Shown in pieces: positions 40,204 through 48,576 of a stretch of DNA of 64,000 nucleotides. Both the position numbers and the translations under genes were made by a program. The stretch spans positions 7,674-71,673 of the forward strand of contig JAHJTE010000003.1 in the NCBI GenBank assembly GCA_018830005.1, written 5' to 3'. The DNA comes from Candidatus Omnitrophota bacterium (lineage in GTDB: Bacteria > Omnitrophota > Gorgyraeia > JAHJTE01). Position 1 is the first letter of the stretch; each line of letters begins with the position of its first letter. The notes beneath the pieces were generated by a model that ran no database searches, was not told the origin of the DNA, and was given only the letters and a program-made list of their open reading frames with translations.

Positions 40204-40725
40204 TTAATCAGATCTTAAATATATACCCAATTCCAAAGACGCCTTTAAATTAGGCAGTGACTCTTCAGCTCTGGTAATCTCCAATTGTTTAAGCACAACA
40301 ACACTCTTCTCCAGGCCTTCTAAAGCTCCCAAGAAGCTACCCAAGGCCTTAAAATCGCAAACTGATTCGATAGCTATAGGTAAAATCTGATAATCCTCTC
40401 CCAGGCTTATTATCTTCTCTGGTTTTACAGAATCTAAATTAATACCTAATGTACTTGCTACTTTCGTCAATTCATCTAGGGCCCCTAGTTCATCCTCAGA
40501 ATAAGAAATAATCCTTGCCTTTATCTTATCGCTGAGAGCAATTTGCTCTTTTACCTTTAGGAGTTCTCCATACTGCTGGTTATATCGTGCATTCAATTCA
40601 CCTAGACTCTTAGCTAAAGGAATATAGATAAAAATAAGGGAAAATATTAAAATAATAAAGAGGATTCCAGTAATAATGATAAATCTGTTATTTATAAATA
40701 TCTTCTTTAGGCTAAACTTAGGCAT
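40204..40725 (-). CDS. pilO: PilO/GspM-like protein (copy 1)
   Basis: TM, coiled coil and ferredoxin-like domain (LGSFLGALE); position after pilMN. Confidence 0.72.
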   Translation of the reverse strand: MPKFSLKKIFINNRFIIITGILFIILIFSLIFIYIPLAKSLGELNARYNQQYGELLKVKEQIALSDKIKARIISYSEDELGALDELTKVASTLGINLDSVKPEKIISLGEDYQILPIAIESVCDFKALGSFLGALEGLEKSVVVLKQLEITRAEESLPNLKASLELGIYLRSD

Positions 40726-40734
40726 TGGAAAGAA

Positions 40735-42438
40735 TTACTCCACCTGACATTTTAATTTAAATTCTACTCTTGGAAATTTCTCATCCTTTACTCTTTTGCT
40801 CTGGATGAGACTAACATTTTTAAAAATTCCTTTCTCTAGAGAAAGCATAAAATCAGAAAGCACATCTTCCGTGCTTTCAATCTTAGAGATAATCACCCCT
40901 TCAAAGAGCAATTCTTCCTTATCATAAGAAAGGCGCTCAAGATAAATATTCTTTGGAATGACATTGCTTATTTCACGAAAGACTTCCATCCAGCGCGGCT
41001 CTCGCGCATAGATCTGGCCCACTATTCCTTTAAGCGAGGCCTCTTTCTGTCTATAGCGCTGGCTGTAGATTTGAGCCTCAATCGCACCCAGACGCCTAAT
41101 CATGCCGCTATGGGCAAACTTCATTCCGAGAAATATTACCAGAGCCATTATAACAAATAACGTAATAATCAACTCAGAGGTTAATCTTTTTATAAATAGC
41201 TTATTCTGCTCTTTTATCTCTTCTGGCAGCAGATTGATCTCTGGGGTGCCGGTTTTAAACTGATTTATCATGCTTTTGGCAGCACCAATACAGGCAAAGA
41301 AAGTTACTGCTTTATTTAGCTCCTCTTGGCTTCTGTAGTCTGAACTAGGAACTTGGCTAAAAGGATCGCCTAGCTCAACCAGAATGCCCAAACTCTGTGC
41401 CAGGAAGGCATCCACGCCTTTAAGATTCGCCCCTCTGCCAATTAGGACGAGGCGGCTTACAGAAGATGCCTGAAACTCCTCATAGTAATAATCAAAGGAA
41501 TGCGTAATCTCGCTAGCTAATTTTTCTATTTCTGGACGGATTAACGATAGCACCTGACTGCAGGTTATATTTTTACCTGCAATTGACTCACTCCCTGCTT
41601 TGGGTATTCCGCACTCTTTCTTAATCTGCTCTGCCTCGGCGAAACTTAAGGTAACCCTCCCCTTTTGTGTTTCCAAAACTGTAGTCATTGCCTTTGTAAT
41701 ACTGCTTCCTGTAACTGGCAGCTGACGAGAAAAAACAAACTTACTGCCTCTATTTATAATCAGTTGCGTATGAGACGTTCCTAGATCAACAAAGGCCACT
41801 GTCTCATCGCCTGCTGTATCAGGCTTCAATAAATTATACTCAATACAAGTTGAGAGACTCACAAATGATGACGGAGTTACCTTGACCTCTTTAAAAAGGT
41901 ACAGGTAATGATTAATCGTATCTTTTGAAAAAGCAACAGTGAAAATTTCATCTTTAGTCTCACCTTCTACATCTACCTTACCAATAATCTTAAAATCAAT
42001 ACAGGCTTCTTCTAATGAAAAATTAATAAAATCCTTCATCTTCCAATGTATTGCCTGTTTAAGCTCATTATCGCTAATTAAAGGAGTAAGGATTCTTTTT
42101 TCAATACCCTTAATATCGCCCACCACGCAAATCACTTTTGTCCTTTTAAGATCCTTATCCGCAAAGACCTTTTTTAGGGCCTTTATTATCTCCTTATTCT
42201 TTTCCTTATCTGTCTTATCGTTACCTCTTGTAGAAGAAATAGCTATCATCTCAGAGCTTGAAAGATACCAATCGCCTCCTCTGCGCTGCCTCTTAAACTG
42301 AACAACCTTTATATCTTGGCATCCAATATCTACAGCCACAATCAGCTCTACCTCAAGGCCTACAGGAAGAACCTCACCCAGCAAGCTTATAGAAGTCGCC
42401 TTGATTTTACTAACTAATTTTGCAACATCAATCTTCAT
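40735..42438 (-). CDS. pilM: PilM-PilN fusion protein (copy 1)
   Basis: VAVDIG, FVDLG, LIGRGA; INLLP, then TM and a PilN domain. Confidence 0.85.
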   Translation of the reverse strand: MKIDVAKLVSKIKATSISLLGEVLPVGLEVELIVAVDIGCQDIKVVQFKRQRRGGDWYLSSSEMIAISSTRGNDKTDKEKNKEIIKALKKVFADKDLKRTKVICVVGDIKGIEKRILTPLISDNELKQAIHWKMKDFINFSLEEACIDFKIIGKVDVEGETKDEIFTVAFSKDTINHYLYLFKEVKVTPSSFVSLSTCIEYNLLKPDTAGDETVAFVDLGTSHTQLIINRGSKFVFSRQLPVTGSSITKAMTTVLETQKGRVTLSFAEAEQIKKECGIPKAGSESIAGKNITCSQVLSLIRPEIEKLASEITHSFDYYYEEFQASSVSRLVLIGRGANLKGVDAFLAQSLGILVELGDPFSQVPSSDYRSQEELNKAVTFFACIGAAKSMINQFKTGTPEINLLPEEIKEQNKLFIKRLTSELIITLFVIMALVIFLGMKFAHSGMIRRLGAIEAQIYSQRYRQKEASLKGIVGQIYAREPRWMEVFREISNVIPKNIYLERLSYDKEELLFEGVIISKIESTEDVLSDFMLSLEKGIFKNVSLIQSKRVKDEKFPRVEFKLKCQVE

Positions 42439-42454
42439 ATAATTCTTCTGACCC

Positions 42455-44095
42455 TTAAGGGATTTCTCGCCAGTATTTCTGCAAGTTAGAATCTTCTAAA
42501 AATGTATCTAAATACTTATTGCCGTCGTCTTTAATCACCATCTTCACGCGTCGGGAAACATTGCCTTTTTTACCTACAGCATCTATCAGGAAACTATTTG
42601 TATAGTAGGAAAATTCCGTTGAGTTACAATTTACATAGGTATCTGGCATATCTGCTCTGGGTGCTAACCAAGAGCTATCAGCATAATTTAATATCCTATT
42701 CTTTTGATCATCAGTTAAGGAAAGTCCCATAATAAAATCATAAAAATCAGTAGTTACTGAAGAATCGGAATTGTAAAAACAGGTGAATGGAGCGATATTT
42801 CTTTTATTGATAATTTCAGTAGCCAAGGTTCTGGATAAGGTTGTCCCGAGAAACGTATCAAATATTGCCTCTAAGACTAGACTTGAAGCGGTATTGATAT
42901 TAACCGGCGCCCTAGCAGCGTCTCTTTCGAATCTATTGCTTCCCAGATCAGGACGACGTACAGCGTAACCATTTACATAGGAATAGACCGTAATATAATC
43001 TTTAATTTGCTCAAATTCTGCCTGGCTCAAAGCAGGATCTAGAGATATATTTTTTATTTCTTCGATTGAGCCAAAAGGTTTATCATCTGAACCCAGCCAA
43101 CCCAACTCATCTGTCTCGTCAGTAAATCCATCTGCATCGTCATTAACACCAGCTACACCAGGCCGTAGATCTGGGCCGTTTCGGTAAGCTACAACTGCTG
43201 TGGCAATATTCGCTGCTCGTGTTGAACCTATCCCGGCCTTTCTGAACAGCCATTGCAAAAAAGCGATATTACCATAACGCGAAGCATAATTTATATTCAC
43301 CTTGCTTGATTCGTCAATTATATCTACGGATTCTATTTCACCCTCACTTAAAGTAATATTATTGAATCCCGAATACCAATCTTCAGTATTGGTATCTATC
43401 TCATATTCCACTCTTAAAAAGAGGTAATCCAGCTCTACATCCCTATTGCTAGAACCACGCGCCAAGGCCCTTATTCTAAAATTTGGACTGTTTATAATCG
43501 ACCAATCCCAGCTCCTGTCGCGAGTTATATCTACATATCCAAAGCTATAAGAGGTTGAACTAACCTGAAATCTACCAGTTCTATTTCCTGGTTCTGGAAA
43601 TACACCTGTTGTTGTATATGATATATCTAACCTTGGATTTTTTCCTCCACTAGAACTCTTTCTAAATCTTACTCCAATCTCCACATTTTTTATGCGCGTG
43701 CCCAAATAATTTCTATCAAAATCATAGACTATTACATCAGTGCCCGGATTTTGCGCATCCATAGTAAGATATCCATCAACTGTCTCTGCATAGTAGCGCA
43801 CGCGATTTCTTTCTGCCTCATCTGCCCCTGCAGAACCTTCTGTTCTGACTCCTCTTAAATCCGCAGTGCCAGTCTGAGTAGTAGTTAAGACATCATCTCG
43901 AATCTCTCTTATGCCCTGCTCTATTCCTGCCTCAGCCAAGGCAAGTGCCTTAGCATAATCAAGATTGTTAGCTGCCTGGCGCATTTCAGTAGTAGCAATA
44001 AACAAATACACCGCAACAATAACAGTCAATAAAACAAAGAACAAAAGGATTGTAATTAGTATAAAACCGCTTCGGTTAGCGGAAGGAAAATACAT
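42455..44095 (-). CDS. GspK/PilX-like large minor pseudopilin
   Basis: SG|FILIT without E5; A.ALAEAGIE; DESSKVNIN; PVNINTAS helix-hairpin-helix; YWRE end. Confidence 0.8.
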   Translation of the reverse strand: MYFPSANRSGFILITILLFFVLLTVIVAVYLFIATTEMRQAANNLDYAKALALAEAGIEQGIREIRDDVLTTTQTGTADLRGVRTEGSAGADEAERNRVRYYAETVDGYLTMDAQNPGTDVIVYDFDRNYLGTRIKNVEIGVRFRKSSSGGKNPRLDISYTTTGVFPEPGNRTGRFQVSSTSYSFGYVDITRDRSWDWSIINSPNFRIRALARGSSNRDVELDYLFLRVEYEIDTNTEDWYSGFNNITLSEGEIESVDIIDESSKVNINYASRYGNIAFLQWLFRKAGIGSTRAANIATAVVAYRNGPDLRPGVAGVNDDADGFTDETDELGWLGSDDKPFGSIEEIKNISLDPALSQAEFEQIKDYITVYSYVNGYAVRRPDLGSNRFERDAARAPVNINTASSLVLEAIFDTFLGTTLSRTLATEIINKRNIAPFTCFYNSDSSVTTDFYDFIMGLSLTDDQKNRILNYADSSWLAPRADMPDTYVNCNSTEFSYYTNSFLIDAVGKKGNVSRRVKMVIKDDGNKYLDTFLEDSNLQKYWREIP

Positions 44096-44167
44096 TATCT
44101 AAATTCCAAAATCCCTGCTCTTGAGAACAGACAGGCAAATGGTAAAATTCACTTAATTTTTCTTGAT

Positions 44168-44692
44168 CTATAAATTCCTCAACTTAACATTAAACCGTAA
44201 TTTAATAACCTCATCATCAATCTGGCTTTGGATATCAACCTTAAGCGCTCGGATCAAAGATAGAGTTATGGGCTGGCTAAGAGGTTGACTATTCTGATCA
44301 AAATAAGTGATTGAAAAAATATCTACATTTTCTAAAATTTCTTGATTTAAACCAGGACCTTGACTGCGATAAAGCCCATCTCCTGCTAGGCCTGACCAAG
44401 AAAAAGCTATATCTTCTAGAGCTGTCTCTTTCAGGCCATTGTCATTTAAATCTTTCCAAAAAGTAATTTGATTATCACCCGCATCACTAATCTCAAGGCC
44501 AGCTCTTAACTCCTTAAGCATGCTTTCAACTACATTTGAAGCTGTAAGCCTAGCCTCAGTATGGCCAGATTCAACTGGCCAGGAGCGAAAAAGCGACATG
44601 CTTATCAGAGTTACGGCTGAAATCAAGACGCTAATCAGCCCAACACTTACAAGCACCTCAATTAAGGTTAAACCGCGATTGGAAATAGACAT
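44168..44692 (-). CDS. Minor (pseudo)pilin, GspJ/PilW-like
   Basis: RG|LTLIEVLV; ELR.G; C-terminal VKLRN. Confidence 0.82.
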   Translation of the reverse strand: MSISNRGLTLIEVLVSVGLISVLISAVTLISMSLFRSWPVESGHTEARLTASNVVESMLKELRAGLEISDAGDNQITFWKDLNDNGLKETALEDIAFSWSGLAGDGLYRSQGPGLNQEILENVDIFSITYFDQNSQPLSQPITLSLIRALKVDIQSQIDDEVIKLRFNVKLRNL

Positions 44693-44707
44693 TTTGCGAC
44701 TTTGCTA

Positions 44708-45064
44708 TTAAATATCCGAAACGTAACTTGCTAAACTAATGCTAACCTCACCGCCCTTAGCCTGCCAGAAAACATCTATTTGGACTTCTTTCAATCCTGA
44801 CTGTATTGCCGAAACCTGCACTTCTCGTTCGTAATCAGAAAAGTCAGGGACCTGGGCTCTAGTCTCATTAGCTACGTTGGCAAAGGTGAGATTTCTTATA
44901 TCTTCTAATTTCTCCTCAAGCAAATTCTTTGCTTGCGCAAACTCCTTTACCTGAGTGCTTTCTGAAAGACCGATGGAAAAAGAATTTACTAAACCCACAA
45001 GACCTATAGAAAGCAACACTGTTGCCAAGAGCAATTCCAGGAGACTAAAGCCTTTTTCTTTCAC
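44708..45064 (-). CDS. Minor (pseudo)pilin, GspI/PilV-like
   Basis: KG|FSLLELL; A..LLEEKLE; V.V.W beta strand; GTG start. Confidence 0.82.
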   Translation of the reverse strand: MKEKGFSLLELLLATVLLSIGLVGLVNSFSIGLSESTQVKEFAQAKNLLEEKLEDIRNLTFANVANETRAQVPDFSDYEREVQVSAIQSGLKEVQIDVFWQAKGGEVSISLASYVSDI

Positions 45065-45083
45065 TTCTTGAATATCTCAAAGA

Positions 45084-45533
45084 TTAAGGCTTAGTACCGT
45101 TTGTTGCATAGACATCATCGCCAATAGTACCTGCGATTACACCAGTTGCTGAGCTTATGCCAGTAATGGTTGAAGTACCATCCGGACCATCAGACCATAT
45201 TACATAGAATTCTCCTCCTCCATCAGTGTCAAATTTATATTCAACACCAGTATTACTAAAAGGGTCAATAAGTTCACTTTCGATAAGCTGTGGGCTTGTT
45301 GCTACTAATTCATCCTGCCAGTCATCTGCGTTGGCATCATCAGGAAACACGCCATGGTGTATCCTATATGCCTCAACCGCAGCCTTTAAAGCAGCAGTTT
45401 CTCCTGCTGCCACAGCAGTATTTGCCTCATCCCGCATACCCAGGAATCTGGGAACAGTAATCCCTACGAGAATTGCAATAACCGCAATGACAATTAACAA
45501 CTCAATCAACGTAAAACCTGCTAACCTTCTCAT
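45084..45533 (-). CDS. GspG-like major pseudopilin
   Basis: AG|FTLIELLIV; Y..HHG.FP; DPF...Y...WSDGPDG...DD; start moved to the Met after SD GGAGGTGG. Confidence 0.85.
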   Translation of the reverse strand: MRRLAGFTLIELLIVIAVIAILVGITVPRFLGMRDEANTAVAAGETAALKAAVEAYRIHHGVFPDDANADDWQDELVATSPQLIESELIDPFSNTGVEYKFDTDGGGEFYVIWSDGPDGTSTITGISSATGVIAGTIGDDVYATNGTKP

Positions 45534-45556
45534 AAAGCCACCTCCATAAGATTTAG

Positions 45557-45597
45557 CGCCGATTGTCATCTGATCGAACAGATGACCTTAATCGACG
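45557..45597 (-). promoter_or_regulatory. Strong RNA hairpin just 5' of the gspG-like ribosome-binding site
   Basis: CGTCGATT..GTCATCTG-ttcgat-CAGATGAC-AATCGGCG; 16 pairs including one G-U. Confidence 0.55.
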
Positions 45598-45600
45598 AAT

Positions 45601-46830
45601 TTAATGTTTTAGGGCCCTTATTACCTTCACCATATCAAATACAGGCATTAACATCGAGGCCATAATAAAAGCAACTATACCGCCGATTATCAACAAAAAC
45701 AAAGGCTCAATAAAACTAATCAACCGTCTCAGATGATAATCGATAAGACGCTCGTAATAATCAGACAGCTTAAAACACATTTCAGCTATGTTTCCGCTTT
45801 GTTCGCCCGCTGAAATCATCTGCAAGACATCAGCAGGAAAATGACCGCTCATCTTCAAGGACTCAGAAAGCATAGCGCCTTCTTCTACTAATCGCATGCT
45901 TGCCTCAATTGTCCTTGAGATCACTACATTACCCATCACCTCCTTTGAAACCTCCAAAGACTTTAATATCGGTACACCACTTGCTTCCATGGTTGCCAGT
46001 GTACGGCTAAAACGAGAAATACTTAAACGTCGAAAAATAGATCCTAAAAGCGGCAGTTTTAATTTTAATCCATCAAAATAAATTCTGCCTTTTTTAGTAT
46101 TAATAATCCATTTTAACACAAAGATTAAAATAAAAATAGCAATTAAAAACAATAACCAGTGACTTCGTATAGAAATGCCTACGTTATTCAAGATTCTAGT
46201 AGATAGAGGCAAGTTAATATTTGCCTTTTGAAAGATTGTAATAAAATTTGGAACCACAAAGCTGGTGATGAATATTATTAACGCTGCGCTGGCAACAGTT
46301 AAGAGCGCAGGATAAAACAAGGCTGATTTAACCTTGGAACGCAGCTCGAAATCTGACTCAGCAAATTGAGAAAACCTGGCTAAGACGTCAGACAACTTTC
46401 CGCTTGTCTCCCCTGCCTTAACCATATGCACTAGAAGCTTGGGAAAAACTCGACCTTGATTATCTAGGGCCTTGGATAGGCTCGAGCCAGATTCGATTTG
46501 CCGAGCAATATTTTCTAATACAGCTTTAAAACGCTTATTTGTAATCTGTCCGGCCAAGGTAGTGAGTGTGCCTAAAATTGGAAGTCCAGAATGAATAAGA
46601 TTCGCAAATTGAATATAAAATATAAGTTTCTCTGTTTGGCTGATAGAGGAAAACCTGTTGAACCAATCATTGATATTGATTCCAGCTACGCCCTTAGCCC
46701 TTAAATCAATGACTAAATAATCCATCTTATGCAGTTTATCAATCGCCTCATTCTGCGACTCGGCCTGGAAATTACCCTTTATTAAATTGCCTTTTTTGTC
46801 TCTAGCTTTATAAACAAAAACTCCTGACAT
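45601..46830 (-). CDS. pilC: PilC/GspF platform protein (copy 1)
   Basis: AGETSG, ALFYP, LPLST, AGEQSG, IEP...P. Confidence 0.92.
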   Translation of the reverse strand: MSGVFVYKARDKKGNLIKGNFQAESQNEAIDKLHKMDYLVIDLRAKGVAGININDWFNRFSSISQTEKLIFYIQFANLIHSGLPILGTLTTLAGQITNKRFKAVLENIARQIESGSSLSKALDNQGRVFPKLLVHMVKAGETSGKLSDVLARFSQFAESDFELRSKVKSALFYPALLTVASAALIIFITSFVVPNFITIFQKANINLPLSTRILNNVGISIRSHWLLFLIAIFILIFVLKWIINTKKGRIYFDGLKLKLPLLGSIFRRLSISRFSRTLATMEASGVPILKSLEVSKEVMGNVVISRTIEASMRLVEEGAMLSESLKMSGHFPADVLQMISAGEQSGNIAEMCFKLSDYYERLIDYHLRRLISFIEPLFLLIIGGIVAFIMASMLMPVFDMVKVIRALKH

Positions 46831-46854
46831 AAATCTCCTTTGGCGGTATTTATA

Positions 46855-48549
46855 TTATTCTTCCGTAACCCTCATTATTTCTTCAATAGTGGTAATACCA
46901 GAGGTGATTTTGTTTAAACCTGCTTCTCTTAAACTACGCATGCCTAATCTTGCAGCAGTTAGACGGATAGCACTGGTAGATACCTTATTTATAGCGAGGT
47001 CTTTAATCGCCTCGTGCATAATAAGCAGTTCAAAAATCGCTGCCCTGCCGTGAAAACCAGTATCAAAACACTTCTTGCAGCCCTTTGCCTGATAAAAATT
47101 CTTTGTAGATAACTCTTTTTTCTTTGGAATATTAAGACTTGCCAGGACCTTATCAGAAACATTATAGCTGGCTTTGCAGTCCGGACAAAGCCGCCTTACC
47201 AACCTCTGCGCAATTATACCAATAACTGATGAGGCGATCAGAAAAGGTTCTATGCCCATATCAATAAGGCGCGTTATTGCTCCTGGCGCGTCGTTTGTAT
47301 GCAAGGTCGATAACACCAGATGCCCTGTTAAGGCAGAATGTATGGCAATCTCGGCTGTCTCTTTATCGCGAATCTCTCCTACCATTATTATATCCGGATC
47401 CTGGCGTAAAATCGAACGCAATCCATTTGCAAACGTAAGATTTACCTTTGGATTGACCTGAATTTGACGTACTCCTTCAAGATGGTATTCTACAGGATCC
47501 TCAATAGTAATAATATTCTTATCCGCAGAGTTTATCTTACTTAAAGAGGCATAGAGCGTAGTTGTCTTTCCACTACCTGTTGGTCCTGTAACCAGAATAA
47601 TGCCGTGGGGCCTTGTGATTAATTGGGAATATTTTTCCAGTTCCTCATTTTCAAAACCTAAATCTGTCAAACTAAAATTTAGCTGTGTAGTATCAAGTAA
47701 TCTTAAAACGATATTCTCCCCGAAAACAGTAGGAACAGTCGAGACCCTAATATCAATGCGCCTATTTTCAAGTTTTACCTGAAAGCGGCCATCCTGAGGA
47801 ATTCTGCGCTCTGAAATATCAAGATTGGCAAGTATCTTTATGCGAGAAATCACTGCCTGCTGCAAGTGCTTTGGCGGAGACTCTACTTCATGCAACATGC
47901 CATCAATGCGATAACGCACTCTTATCGTATCTTCTTCTGGCTCAATGTGGATATCGCTTGCCTCTTCTTTAATTGCCTTCATTACAAGAAGATTTACTAG
48001 TCTAATAAGGGGCGGTTCCTGCGCCAGATTCTGGAGACGTTTGACTGAGACTTCTTTACCTGCCTTTAAATCATTTTCTACTTGCTCTAATTCTTCTACA
48101 ATCTGATCAATGCTTGTCTTGGCTCCATAGTAAGACTCAATCGCCTTGCGGATATCGGATTCCTTAGCGACTACAGCCTCAATAGTAAGTCCAGACATCA
48201 TGCGAATCTTATCCTGGGCAACAATATTTAGTGGCTCGGCCATAGCGCAGGTTAGAGTGTTGGCGATTTTAAAAACCGGCATAAGTTCATATTGCTGCGC
48301 AACCTCTCTGGGCACAAATTGTAATATCGCAGGGTCAATCAAATAACTGCTTAAATCAATACTGGGAATCCCTAAATGCGAACTTAAAAAAGAGACAAAA
48401 GAATCTTCATCTATAAATTCCAGCTTAAGAATTGCTTTGCGCAGGGAAATACCAGCTCTTTTTGCTTCTTTTTCAGCCTGTTTAACCTGTTCTTGAGTAA
48501 TCAGTCCTGTCTGGACCAAACTCTGTATTAAAGACTTCTTTTCCTTCAT
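46855..48549 (-). CDS. pilB: PilB/GspE assembly ATPase (copy 1)
   Basis: ASDIHIEP, GPTGSGKTTT, LRQDPD, STLHTND, CPDC...CKKC. Confidence 0.95.
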   Translation of the reverse strand: MKEKKSLIQSLVQTGLITQEQVKQAEKEAKRAGISLRKAILKLEFIDEDSFVSFLSSHLGIPSIDLSSYLIDPAILQFVPREVAQQYELMPVFKIANTLTCAMAEPLNIVAQDKIRMMSGLTIEAVVAKESDIRKAIESYYGAKTSIDQIVEELEQVENDLKAGKEVSVKRLQNLAQEPPLIRLVNLLVMKAIKEEASDIHIEPEEDTIRVRYRIDGMLHEVESPPKHLQQAVISRIKILANLDISERRIPQDGRFQVKLENRRIDIRVSTVPTVFGENIVLRLLDTTQLNFSLTDLGFENEELEKYSQLITRPHGIILVTGPTGSGKTTTLYASLSKINSADKNIITIEDPVEYHLEGVRQIQVNPKVNLTFANGLRSILRQDPDIIMVGEIRDKETAEIAIHSALTGHLVLSTLHTNDAPGAITRLIDMGIEPFLIASSVIGIIAQRLVRRLCPDCKASYNVSDKVLASLNIPKKKELSTKNFYQAKGCKKCFDTGFHGRAAIFELLIMHEAIKDLAINKVSTSAIRLTAARLGMRSLREAGLNKITSGITTIEEIMRVTEE

Positions 48550-48576
48550 AGGATCCTTCCTTTAACCGCCTTTTAA

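Noticed and set aside
44096-44167. AAATTCCAAAATCC...CCTGC...GACAGGCAAAT, reminiscent of small intergenic repeat remnants
   Set aside because: Single degenerate copy in the window with no clear terminal repeats.
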